From positions 20,274,001 through 20,338,000 of the forward strand of contig CM119378.1 in NCBI GenBank assembly GCA_051294905.1: a stretch of DNA of 64,000 nucleotides. The letters are read 5' to 3'. A model generated the notes under the pieces. The model searched no databases, was not told where the DNA came from, and saw nothing but the letters and a program-made list of their open reading frames with translations. Each line of letters starts with the position of its first letter. Position 1 is the stretch's first letter. This document shows, in pieces, positions 34,890 to 46,956 of the stretch. The translations under genes were made by a program, and so were the position numbers. The stretch is from Botryllus schlosseri. Taxonomy: Eukaryota.

Positions 34890-35768
34890 TCAGCTGCCGT
34901 TATGTTCAATTTCATCTAGCAATCTTACAGAATTGTAATGTTCACCGAGACCAAGCTCATGTCTGTGGTACGTAAGTATGATAGGTTTACCATTGTACTC
35001 TTCGCCGATAATAAGACGCGGCACGTCGGCCTGAACCACATGAATCGGAGTTTGCAAGATATGGGACATTGCGCGCAGTTCCAACTGCCCGCCCCACGCA
35101 GCAGTATTGGCAACTTCGTCGCAATATTTTTCATACTGTTCCTTGTTAAAGCAATCGCCCGTGTTTGGATCTGTTAGGAACGGCATAAAATCATCAGCGT
35201 TACACAGCATGTAGTCTGCAGTTTTGCGTCTCAGTGTGTCTGAAGTGTAGGCGTTGTCTGTGTTCTTTATTTGATCCACAATCGCATAATATAAACAGTT
35301 GCCGTCCGGAACCATCGGTTTGACTTGCAGCTTCATTTGTGCTAATAAGTTCTTGATTTTTTCCTCCTCGGCATATCGTAGAGTGTTGACATAATCTTTT
35401 TCAGCTTGAGCTGCAATTTCCGATTGCTCTTTCGCTTTGAGAGCTTTTTTGTCTCGCTTTTTCTGAGCTTTGCTTATCCGCGGTTGGGCTGCATTAGTGT
35501 TTACTTGCTCAGATAAGTCACCGTTGGAAGGTTTGTTCGTATCTTCCAGTTGCGATGATTCTTTTTCATGTTTTTGCGCCAACTCACTTTCCAGAATGGC
35601 AATCTGGGCTTTCACTTCTTTATTTTTCTTCTTGTCGCCTTTCGGAACGCCTTTTTTCAAGGCTTGTATCTTGGATTGTAATTCTTTTCTCTCCGCCTTG
35701 TGCTTGACGTCGAGCGCTTGCTCAGGAGTAAGTTCTCCCGAGTCGGCATTAGATTCGCCACCATCCAT
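34890..35768 (-). CDS. OTUD6B: OTU-domain deubiquitinase 6B-like, 292 aa, single coding exon
   Basis: N-terminal coiled region HKAERKELQSKIQALKK.VPKGDKKK, catalytic PDGNCLY, WGGQLELRAMS and YHRHELGLGEHYNSV. ATG at 35768; the ORF track extends to a GTG at 35792. Confidence 0.93.
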   Translation of the reverse strand: MDGGESNADSGELTPEQALDVKHKAERKELQSKIQALKKGVPKGDKKKNKEVKAQIAILESELAQKHEKESSQLEDTNKPSNGDLSEQVNTNAAQPRISKAQKKRDKKALKAKEQSEIAAQAEKDYVNTLRYAEEEKIKNLLAQMKLQVKPMVPDGNCLYYAIVDQIKNTDNAYTSDTLRRKTADYMLCNADDFMPFLTDPNTGDCFNKEQYEKYCDEVANTAAWGGQLELRAMSHILQTPIHVVQADVPRLIIGEEYNGKPIILTYHRHELGLGEHYNSVRLLDEIEHNGS

Positions 35769-37586
35769 TTTAAGCCTATGATTGGCCACCAACTACTAAT
35801 TCTGCATGAAACGTACGGAAGATTGTTTAAAAAAGTTGCAGCTATATTCAGTCAAAGCCAGTAAGTGAAAATTTTAGAATAAATGTAAAAGCAAAGATGG
35901 TTAGGTATGCACAAGCAAAATGCAAAACTTAGAGATATTCCAGCCGGACAGGCTAGATTCCTTCAACTGTGGCTGCATGCAAAGTGTTGACAGAAGTTGG
36001 CACAATGGGACATACGGTCAGATCTACCAATGTGTGAATTTTTCATGCAATCACAATCTATAGGCCAACAATGAAAGGTTCATGAGAAATATCTCTGAGT
36101 CAGGTCACTGACAAGAGAAATTCTAACTGGGAGTATAGTCCCATCGTTTATACTGTTCGTTTTCTGAATATCTCTGCTTCATGACGCGAAATTCTAGCGC
36201 GTGGGTAGGCAAAATTTCTCAATGGCTTCTGAATAGGGGGCAATCCCATTTCAGGTCAAATAAAAATAGATTTGGTCTCCTAGTTTCAGGTTTTGCTGAG
36301 ATTTGACCAAATTCATTATGAAATGTATCTGAGTGAATGATAATTTAATGTAAATGAGTGTTTTTCAAAGTTATTGCATGCAAAAACATGCTTTTCATGC
36401 TCATTCTACCAGCTGAAGGACGGATTTTTTGTAAGAAAATTCTAAATGGCCTGTAAATGAGCAATTTAGATTTTGGAAAAGTTTTCATTTCGTTCAACCT
36501 TTACTCTATTCTGCAGTTTCACCAGAGTTCGTCCAAATTGGTAGTTCCTACTTTTTATTTCGAAATCTCGCAACCACACTGCCTGATCAAACTATTTTCT
36601 CATACACAGCATGATCAATCATTATTCATTTCACAATATACAATATATTGGCAACCATAGAGAGATTTACCCAGATCCATTATTTTTACAAAAAGGTTCA
36701 AATGACGATAGGGAGTGAAATAATGACGAATTCACTAAAAAGGACGCGAATTCGGCTGCTATTTATTACAACAAAAAGGCAGGCATGGAATTAAACCATA
36801 TATTATAATATTTACTGTGAATATAGTAACACCATAAACCACACAACGATTCGTCACTCCAATGCATAAAACTAAATTTCACATGAAATGAGTGGCCTGT
36901 GTGATTTTTAAGTAACACAATAACATGGTTAAGGCTATGACTTAAGCCAACTTTGTGTTCAGACCGCCATCAATCAGAGACAAGTTACAATGCAGAGGCA
37001 GTAAAGAATAGTGTTTTTTTTCAGTGCAGTTCTGTATGTGAAATAGATGCACATGAACAAAGTAGTTGACCCGAATCACAAATGAATCGGCCTGCCATCT
37101 TTTCATAATAATTCCCCTCCTCTGTGACCATCAATTTTAGCCTATGATAGTGGTTCTCAAACAAGATGAGATGACAATTGGACTGCTCAGGGGCGCCGCG
37201 AGAATATTAAGGGTAACCCAGTTGAAAAATGACTAAAATTGAGGACATCCAAATTTCAGTCAGCGCCATCATAATCTGGGTCTCAAACAGTGATATGACG
37301 TAGGATACTGTGCCACGAACTATTTTCCCTCTCAGAGGGTGCCGCAAGATCCAAAAGGTTCAGAAATAACTAGAAAAATTTTGGCTCCCAAGTCAGCGAA
37401 ATGCAGCCATGGTGCGATACGACTGCCCGAACCCATCACCCTTAGCTATGCCGACAGAGTGTGAGATACCAATGGACATAATTTCTTGCCGCTAATGAGA
37501 CCATGGACTGGATTGCAGATTCTGCGAACATGAGCTTTGTAAAAGAATGATCAGGCAATTTTGCAATTATACCTTACGGTGCGCCA

Positions 37587-39583
37587 TCATTCCCCTTCAC
37601 TAGAACCACTTTCGTCAGATCCATACGACCCAAGAAGGCTCAGACTGCCAGCAGTAGCACTACCGGGAGCCTCGGAGACTTTCGATGTGGTCACTTCTTT
37701 AGCAGTGTTACTCGAAACAACTTGTGCTTTCGCAGGGACAGTTTTCTTGACAATACCCAGTAGTTTCGCTTTCTTTTTGACAGATTCCTTACTTGTGGAT
37801 GCGGAAGATAATAAATTGTCTTTTTTAGTCGGTTTCGAAGGAATTGGCTTCTCAGACAGTAGCAAATTTGCTGGATTTTTCACATCCGATTCCACAGAGG
37901 GTCCCGCCTCTTCACTTTCATCGTCACTGTCGTTAAGGCGTCGAATTTTACTGGAACCGAAAATCTTCTTCATCTCTTCGTCGTCTTCTGCCGCTTCGCG
38001 CTTTCTTCTCTCCTCTTCGGTCTCCTGATATTTCATCAGCATGCCTTCGTAATTTATCTGTAAACAGATGTTGTTAGTCACACAATCGTTTACTATCGGA
38101 AATATCTGCATAGGTTGATCTAAGAAATTGAAATTATATAAATAAAGCACGAGGCTGCAACACAACGGATACACTCAACAGTTCTTAACCAGGAGTCGGT
38201 GGACCCCTTGGGGGACGAATCACCAAATCAGGGGGTATGAGATTCATTGTGAATTAGGCCTATACGCTATCCAGAGCATAAAAATATTTTGCAAACCAAC
38301 AAAAAGTGGAATCTTGTCTAGGCAGATCGATTAGACTCAAAAATTTACTTCGTGCCTGGTGCAAGTTCTTGTCAAGCAGGCCTACCACGTTTACTGTTCA
38401 TGGAAGGAAAGTAAAATCATCCTTTTGGGGCAGACCACGCTGCTTGCTAGCTCAATATTTGTGGCAGTTAGCTATTTGATTATATTATTTTTTACTGCAA
38501 CTTTTGACGGTATGTTGCTCATACAGACGCTGTAAGGCATGATTTTATTATAGGGAATATAGTTCGCAGCACAGCTGGAGATGAGCATCACTCTATTTCA
38601 CATACAAACGAATACATGGCAGCAGCGGGAGATCACAGACTGCTTCACACTGTCGATTCTACCCAGTTGGCGACATAGATAAGTGTCGCAAGTGAGATAA
38701 ATGCACTGCAACTTGCTGATTTTGTTATGACTGATTGAGTGGTTTCAGGTACGATGACATAATGTTACACTCGTTTGTACACACGAGAAACAAACACAAG
38801 AGAAAGGCCATTGTATTTTTGGTCAAAATGCAACAGCGTGCTACGAATTGCTGAATTGCCAGTGAGCTAAAATATATTGGAGATAGAAGCGAGAACCGCC
38901 GTCAATTGTATGCCGCTGGATTTATACGATTCATTTGATTCAGGATTCTGGCTCAGACCAAACACTTCATTAATCCATATTTAGCTTGTTGACTGACATT
39001 CATCCCAGAATGTAATCGATAGGCTAACATTGGTTATTATGGCAACGAAATGCCATGTATCTCATCTCTGACATGTAGCCTACATTACCTTAGCCTGCCG
39101 CTTGTTCAAATCCATCAACTCTTCCAAATTCTCCATCCTCTCCATCTCCCGCTTCGAGTCTCTCGTTCTATTCTCCAAGAGCTTCATCGGATTACCCTCG
39201 TCCTCTTCACGTTGCTTTTCTTCTTCTTTCTCCTGCTTTTCGAGCAACTTTTCAGCCTCAAAATTCCTAGTAGCTCCATGCTCGATGGTGTAATCCGTGT
39301 TCTCCGGATCCGTTTTAAAAGTGATCTCGGCGACACACTTTGTGCATTTGATGTAGAACCGAAATATGCGCAGTCCTAGGTAGTCTTGGTCTTGGACGGT
39401 TTCTTTCCTGGAATTGAACTTGGTGCCTTTGTAGATGTAGTTACCGCACGTTTTGCAACGCATATGAAACGGTGCCATAACCCGAATAACATACTGACGG
39501 TCTTTGGCTAGTTTCAACTTAGGAATTATCGACGGATCGTAATCCGGAGGGTAATACTTATTTAAGACTTTTCGTTCAGACAT
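37587..39583 (-). CDS. YJU2: Splicing factor YJU2/CCDC94, about 321 aa
   Basis: Exon 39089-39583 ([18 protein letters not shown]...[11 protein letters not shown]...FRFYIKC) joined by a phase-0 GT-AG intron to exon 37587-38057 (INYEGML...GSLSLLGSY). Confidence 0.95.
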
Positions 39584-39598
39584 CCTTCCGAGCTACCA

Positions 39599-39626
39599 CT
39601 GTTAAAACAGAAACGAAGGTTTTATT
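39599..39626 (-). promoter_or_regulatory. Juxtaposed poly(A) signal and 3' splice (candidate trans-splice) acceptor
   Basis: The minus strand reads AATAAA-ACCTTCGTTTCTGTTTTAAC-AG, then 15 nt to the YJU2 ATG. This is the first AATAAA downstream of the SNRPD3 stop. Confidence 0.7.
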
Positions 39627-39965
39627 GCGTCTCATTGCATACCTTCCACATAATACGTCAATGCCTTGAAAACATGAAAACAAGCATCACATTATACAGG
39701 TATCAGTATCAGTACAACATCAGCGAGACTGAGAATCATTGTTTCAATAAAAATTTCGAATCTTAACTAATAGTTGTAAACAGTCTGCACAATTGAAATT
39801 TGAACCAGTGCTCAATTCAAACCGTGTACAAATTGCAATTGTTCGTAAGTATGGTTGACATCTTTTCATAGCAACAATCGAACTATCACAGAGTGTTGGA
39901 ATTTCTCTTCCGTCATGAATGCTGTTCTCATGTTTTCCATCAAATCATGGTGTGATCCACAAATA

Positions 39966-40361
39966 TCAATGGCGTCCCCTGTATGCTGGGGAGTCGAATC
40001 CGCCTCTTCCTCTGAATGCCCCCCGGAATCCTCCACGACCACGGCCTCTGCTCACTTGTGCTTTCAGAATAGCCGATTTTCCTCTTCCTGCCGTGCCGCC
40101 CCTTTGCTGTTTCAGCATGGGAGCGTTCTTCAGCATGTCCGGCAATATCATAAATCGCACTTGACTGCCTCGCACGTAAATGTTTTGAAGTTGGGCCGTA
40201 CTTCCATCGCGGTACGTGACGGTGACTTCGGCCATTTGGCTATTCATGTTGTCCTCAGCTTCAATTAGTTTTCCTCGGTACACCTCTCCGCAGGCTGTTT
40301 CGCACGTAATGATATGACCTTCAGCTTCATGTAGGACCTTAATGGGAACTCCAATCGACAT
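39966..40361 (-). CDS. SNRPD3: Small nuclear ribonucleoprotein Sm D3, 131 aa, single coding exon
   Basis: [17 protein letters not shown]...[16 protein letters not shown]...[19 protein letters not shown] plus an RG-rich tail. Confidence 0.98.
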   Translation of the reverse strand: MSIGVPIKVLHEAEGHIITCETACGEVYRGKLIEAEDNMNSQMAEVTVTYRDGSTAQLQNIYVRGSQVRFMILPDMLKNAPMLKQQRGGTAGRGKSAILKAQVSRGRGRGGFRGAFRGRGGFDSPAYRGRH

Positions 40362-40667
40362 TCTTCAACTTCCAAGGCAGTACAACAGACTAGAAACAAA
40401 TATATAAAATGCTGGGAGCTTTCGCAGCTAGCAAGCGCAGACGCCGTGCAGACGAATACCGATCGCCGCTTCCTCTTGATCGCTGTAACGATTTGGTGGA
40501 CTCTCGGAGATGGTCGGATTCCCAACTTTCAGAATCCGAATCTATCCGGCGCTGGCCCGCTATTTTAGATTCAGGGTCCAAAAAAATTTGTCTGGTGAAT
40601 TTCTGTTTTCAGAAAAATCCTTCAAATATCATGCTAATTGCGACAGGTACTAGTCCACCCTCAAGAT

Positions 40668-41011
40668 CCCCTGTTGGCGGGGAGGGGACTGCTAGTAAAA
40701 CTGCACTCGAGCTGCTGCAAAAACTACAACATAACGTACTCCGTATCATAACTAGGGCCCTCAAGTTTGTGTATCAGTTCCACTGCGGTAATTTCCCCGA
40801 ATATTACAATAGCTTCTTTACCTCGGAATCAAAAGCGCACAAGTACAACACACGCGTGTCATATGATGGACTGAAAAGATCATCGGTCTATCAAATATGT
40901 CGGACCGGACGTGTGGACTGTGCATCAGTATCCCGCAAGCCAACCGACAGTCGACGAGCATGTCCATTGCCCACATTCAAGTTTAAATACAAGTAATTTC
41001 TACGAAATAAA
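40668..41011 (+). mobile_element. 5'-truncated non-LTR retrotransposon (LINE 3' end) with long TSD
   Basis: Flanked by the 20-bp direct repeat TACTAGTCC(A/G)CCCTCAAGAT (40648-40667, 41012-41031). Encodes LQKLQHNVLRII...FPEYY...HKYNTR, typical of LINE ORF2 C-termini. A-rich end. Confidence 0.72.
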
Positions 41012-42080
41012 TACTAGTCCGCCCTCAAGATTACCGGACCACGACCTGACCTATCGATCTGGCCTTCCGTGACATGACACCCCATTGTCGCTTGCTTTTT
41101 ATTATACTATATCTATACTATATCTATACTTTTACTTTCCATTCAGTGAGCACTGTGCACGCCTCCTCTTTATATCATCTCTAGGCCAAGGTGAGTGTCC
41201 GATTCCAATAGCTACATCTCCAAGTCGTTTCAACACCATCATATTTTTTCATTGCATCGCAATTTTTGTGGTGTATTGAGCTGATAAAAATTGCTAATGA
41301 ACCGACTCGAATAACACCAAATCCCTCACAGCACTGCAAACAAACGTGGTCGAAGTAGGATGAAGAAGTAGAAATAGAAATAGAAGAAAAAGTTTCAATT
41401 TCCAAGTATGTAAAAGATAAACTATTCTAGGCCTCATGTGGCCTAAAAAACTGAAAAATGATCGACAAGCAGAAATGTCGAACTAGTCCGAACCATAACC
41501 CCTTGAGGTACAAAATGTATAATGAGTAAATTATTTTGGTTAAAAAAAAACTTAACCACAAGTGGTGCAGTAATCTATACCATGAGCATTTGAGAAAGTA
41601 GTGCAAGCAGACACAGACATATACTTAGTACTTGGAAAAGTAGAAGTAGCCAACTTGGATCAAAACCCTGATATACTGTCCTGAACTGAATTTAAACTGC
41701 AGCCACCTGTTTCACCATATCCTTTATAAAGGCTATGGTTTTACTACGACTCGATCCTGATCTGATCAACTAAACCAGTGGTTCTCGAGCTTTTAGACGG
41801 CGGCGCCCCTTGATGGTAGTGACAAATGTCGCTCCCCCCTTATATCGCTATATCAAAAAAAATCTTTAAAAAGGAAACGAAAACGTTTGCAATCCCAACG
41901 CATAGTGTGATGGCATGGAACAGGGGTATCAAACATACCGCCCACGGGCGGCATCCGGCCCGTCAGACGATTTCATCCGTCCCGCGAGTCAATTCTGAGA
42001 AGATAGGATTTCACAGCATATTTCTAACAAATGTTGAGATTTTTAGTAGGAAATACTTTCATTAAATTATCCTCCACCTC

Positions 42081-42300
42081 GAGCGAACGAGATGGTGTAA
42101 TGATGATGAGTCCATCATCTCGATCGCAAGTCGTGGGTTCGATCCCCGGTCAGCTCATACCGAAACTCGAAAATTGATATCCGCAGCTATTCCGCTAGGT
42201 GCATAGCAACCACGGATAGCATGGAGAAGAAAAACGGGGATGCAGAATAAGTGACCTTACGGTCGTATTGCATCTCTTTCGCCAAAGGATCTCAAAGGTA
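42081..42300 (+). mobile_element. tRNA-derived SINE-like element
   Basis: A box TGGTGTAATG (about 42093) and B box GGTTCGATCCC (42136-42146), followed by a non-tRNA body (CATACCGAAACTCGAAAATTG...). It does not fold into a complete cloverleaf. Confidence 0.6.
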
Positions 42301-42315
42301 CAGGCGAAAAATATT

Positions 42316-42470
42316 NNNNNNNNNNNNNNNNNNNNNNNNNNNNNNNNNNNNNNNNNNNNNNNNNNNNNNNNNNNNNNNNNNNNNNNNNNNNNNNNNNNNN
42401 NNNNNNNNNNNNNNNNNNNNNNNNNNNNNNNNNNNNNNNNNNNNNNNNNNNNNNNNNNNNNNNNNNNNNN
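42316..42470. other. Assembly gap (155 N)
   Basis: Run of n characters. Confidence 1.
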
Positions 42471-43685
42471 GGGTCCGACTGTACACGAAGCCTCTAAATT
42501 TGAAAAATGATTATTTGTATATTTTTAATAAGGAAAAGCATGAGGCATTTTTGTCTCGTAATTGCTAAAACTCACATCATTAGAATATAAGTCGTCTGAT
42601 GAAAAATACCCAACTGACCAAACTCATTTTTTATACCAAATTTCCAATAGCCTACTAAAATTCCTGTTTTTTTTCCTAATCTCTCCTTATGAAGGGATTG
42701 AAACGTCGCCACGACATTCATTTTTCACTATTCCAGATTAACTCTAAGATGAGATGCTAGAAATGACCATAGGCAATAATGCTTCAATAAATACTCTGTT
42801 TCTTAATTTTGGTGCCATATATGATGCGATCAGGCAGAAAGGTGTCGTCGGAACCGATACGCGTCAATATCAGCCTACATTCTTCAGCACCTATCTTTGT
42901 GGAAATATATTCGGCACTCGTTCATATCAAATCGAAGACGGGGATTTTCAAAACAATAAATACAGCTGCAAAATTTGCTTCCAAATAATAAAAATCCACC
43001 CAATTTCTACATATAGGCTAATATGTTGTCAATTTTACGAAGAAAAGTCATTTTGTTGGTGTTTCTTACAAGCCTACAGCTAATACACAAGACAGATGAC
43101 GGTTGCTAGTTAATTGGGCTAATTCTGAACGAAAACCTCTGGGGTTCCGCGGAGGTCCGTGAAGGTCCAAAATGGGTTGGCAAAAGACAATAAGGTTGAG
43201 AACCACTGATGTAGAGTATATGTTCATATACCCAAACAGTGTTAAAAGATTATAATAAACGACAGCGGTGTTGTGGTTTCACTCGAGTCACCATTAGAAA
43301 CAAACAAGTCGCTAGCATTGGCACCCAATTCCGAAAAACTAGGTATTCAAAGAAGTGAAAAGGCCTACGAGCGATCTGAAGGTTTCAATCCGGCCCGCAC
43401 GCAGGTGTCTGATCCCTTCTATTTCCTGACTTGGGCTTGACTCAAACGTACCTGACCATTAGTTAAATCAAAAAGCAATGTACTGGGCCACACACCATTC
43501 CATCTTTGGCACTCCGTCACGGGACAAACATTTTTCTTCAATCGATTCAATTGATAACTTTTGGGCTGGGATAAATCTATTTTCTTACAAAATTTGTCGT
43601 AATTGAGTATATTCGAATTCGATGTTGTAATTCACTTAGATATCAATCCTTGTTTCTTAGATTGCAAAAGACAAACCATACGTGG

Positions 43686-44952
43686 CAAGGGCTTTGGAGC
43701 AGCCGTAAATTTAAACTGCTCCACCTCCGGCTCCGGAGCTTTCTTCTATCATACATTAGCTCCGGCTCCAGCTCCGGAGCCGCATTATTACCACTGCTCC
43801 GGCTCCAGCTCCGGCTCCGGCTCTGAAATTATCGAATGGGCCTGTCTACATAATGGGTGACCAACCCGCGGGCCAAATGTGGCCCGCGAGAGGGTTTTGC
43901 GTGGCCCGCGAGGTAATTTCCTATTATATTATCGAAAATGAATTGCTCAGATTGTGAACTTGCAATGCCAACCAAAAATTACAAGTCTGGCTGCGACACT
44001 TGGGAAGTTGATGACTAAAATATCAGTTCCGACGCATTGGCAGATCCAGGGTCCAGTCACATTTTCAGTAAACCGTCGTACTTTACAATAAACTAAAATA
44101 GTAGTGAAATTTTTCTTCACGCTTCGAATGTTTAATTGTCAGACGATTTCTTGATTGGTAGCCTACCCCATATTGAAAATGAAAAAAACGCCTAATTTAC
44201 CTGATTGAATATGACTGTATTCGCAATTACGGGAGGAAGTCTTTTCGCCGACGAGGTAATGTAGGCACAAAACGATTGTCGCATATTATCGGAGACTTTC
44301 GAGATCGATATGGCCAGACGCCGAATAGTCATGTCCTTGCAAACTGAGCCTATATAGCGGGCGGTACCCGCAATATACTCAAGTAATAATATTATTGACC
44401 TAGTTTATTTATAAACTTTGAAAATTTTACCCGCTTGGTGCGGCTAGTGGACCGCGCACTCGTTCGTCAATTGCATGTGCCCATTTACCGAAAAGGTTGA
44501 CCATTCCTGGTCTATATAGATTACTAATCTACCCATAGGTTAGTTATCTATAGTAATCTAGAGTCTGTCAGCCGTCAGTAACATCCGATGTAGCAACGAA
44601 GACATAGGTGCCGCCGTGCCGGCTTGTGACATCATAATGAATACTTGCCAATTGTCGATAACATCGTAGTTGCACTAGAACGCACTTTACTCCATGCCAT
44701 TGCTGTGCACAGCATTAAAATTCAGGCCTGCTCTTCAATTATGAAAAATCAGCAGTTGTGGTTGTTACATATATAATTTAGCATCTTATGAAATACGTCG
44801 GAGCCGGAGCTACTCCTCAAATAACAGGCTCCAGCTCCGGCTCCGGCTCCAGCTGAATTTTATGTAGAGCTCCGGCTCCGGCTCCAGCTCCGGTGAAAAT
44901 GCACGGCTCCGGAGCTCCGGCTCCGGGCTCCGGCTCCGGATCCAAAGCCCTG
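43686..44952. mobile_element. TIR element with (GGCTCC)n subterminal repeats
   Basis: Ends CAAGGGCTTTGGAG / GATCCAAAGCCCTG, flanked by GTGG(C) on both sides. GGCTCC/GGAGCC arrays at 43725-43822 and 44800-44938. Confidence 0.7.
43852..44509. mobile_element. Nested hAT-type MITE
   Basis: Degenerate TIRs (AATGGGTGACCAACC / GGTTGACCATTCCTG) and 7/8 TSD GTCTACAT/GTCTATAT. One end is homologous to 45570-45701. Confidence 0.7.
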
Positions 44953-45049
44953 GTGGCATTATAGAGATTGTACAATCTCTATCGTGGCATGTGACATGGC
45001 CTCCGAGGGAAATGTCGTATTTCATCATAACTTTTCTGTCTTTCTACGA

Positions 45050-45701
45050 CAGGGGTGGCCAACCTTTTCAGTCAAAGGTCCACATTCGATTGACGAACTA
45101 TTGCGCGGGCCACCAGCCGCGCGAAGCGCGAAAAATTTTTGAAGCTCATAGGTCAACAATATCGTCACTTGACTGTGTTGCGGGCCTGCTGTATATCGCT
45201 GGGCTCAGTTTGCAATGACTGGAATATTCGGCGCCTGAACATATTAATATCGAAAGCTTCGACCAACTTGCGTCAATCGTTTTGTGCCTATAGGTTTCAT
45301 AGTCGACGGTCTTTCTGCAAGCGCAAACGTAAGGTCGCATATGCTGAACGACACTTTGTCTCGTAATCGCGAAGGGGTAACAATATTAAAAGCAAGAAAT
45401 CAAGTGACAACATGTTGCGCGAAGCGTGTAGAACATTTTTACTTTTGATAAATCGATCGCAAATTATTCTGCTTTGTCGTAGTGTACGAAGATCTACCAA
45501 AATGCGACCGGTTCATAGATCTACCAATGCGTCGGAACTGATACTTTAGTCATCACATTTCAAGTGTTGCGGTCAGACTAATCAAATTTTTGGTTGGCGT
45601 TGCAAGTTCACAGTCTGTGCAATCCATTTTTGATAATATCACTAATTTCGGAAATTACCTCGCGGGCCACTCAAAACCTTCTCGCGGGTTGGCCGGCCCT
45701 G
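45050..45701. mobile_element. Non-autonomous Buster/Charlie-type hAT
   Basis: TIRs CAGGGGTGGCCAACC / GGTTGGCCGGCCCTG and perfect TSD TTCTACGA. Confidence 0.88.
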
Positions 45702-46956
45702 TTCTACGAAGTCGGAAAAGATGCTTGACAGTCCATAAAAGCATCCGCTAACACCTCCGTACACCATGCGCCTTAACCAGTTACTCTCAATTAAGGGATA
45801 TCTTCTGATCGGTGCGACGTACAGTATCAGTCACAATCTAGCATCAGTGTATGTATGCTACAGCGTAATATAATCAGGATTATTTCCGTTTTTTAAACTG
45901 GAAGTGCTAGCACTAATTAAACTCATTCTCCCCTTCAGCTACTTTCACGAACCCCCCATCCCCACCCGCAAGATGGGCGTGCCCCCAGTCTGAGAACCAC
46001 TGACCACACGTTAAGTTTCGTAGGACAAACAAGTGTTGTCAAGTTCTGAAATGTCAAGTCTAACAATTAGGGATGCATTTCAAACAAATGGTTACTGTTT
46101 GAAACACTTTGTTTAAAACATGTTCACCATATTTGTTTGCCATAATAGTGCAAATACTTTCCAAAAACATGTTGTACGATCCTACGGACGACGATTACCA
46201 CCCGATATAGCCGACGTATACAATGTGGAATGGTTGGAATCCTCGAAATAGTCGGTCCAACAGCTATTACGTAGATACAGATCATTGGTGCGAAGCGAAA
46301 TGTTCTGGTGATGATGACCGCCGACCGTAAAAGGACTGCGTGATGATGTTGTCCAGGTTAAGAATATTTTTGCTCCGTCTAAGATAGGGGTTGGAAGCCT
46401 ATTTCGTCAAGGGAGCTGTATTTACCCTGTTTTCCATTGTGAATGTTAATCGACTATGATGTCAAAATTGAATATTCATGACGCCACGCCTTAGAAAAAA
46501 AGCAATAAAGAACGTGTTTAAAACAAGGGCCTTTATTTAAACATGTTTGTTTTAAACACAACCCTATATTAATGCTTCATAATGATCGCAATATGTGAGC
46601 TACATTAGTTTCATTGCACAAATAAATGCGCTGACCCAACCAGTCATAAAATGTTTTTTTTTTCGATTTCAGGTTGACATTTCGCGTCGACACTTCCACC
46701 TAACGAAATACACAATTCTGCTATTATGATAACATCAATTCAAATATTGGTTTACGAACGAATGAATGATATATTCTGTTTTTAATGTAAAGTCTAAAAT
46801 AAAATGTTCTGTTGTCGTTGTTTAGCATGAATCGTGGCGGAAGTGTGGATTTTGGGGTCGACCCCCCATTTCATCTCAAAACCCCGTTCTGTTGAAATTC
46901 TGATTGTGTCTCTAATATCTCTTAGTGCATTTGCAATTGATAATTTGTATCATAGC

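Noticed and set aside
40409-40996. 195-aa plus-strand ORF as a gene
   Set aside because: It is a chance fusion of SNRPD3 upstream sequence with a LINE 3' fragment.
42251-42568. ORFs spanning 42316-42470
   Set aside because: Artefacts of reading through the N gap.
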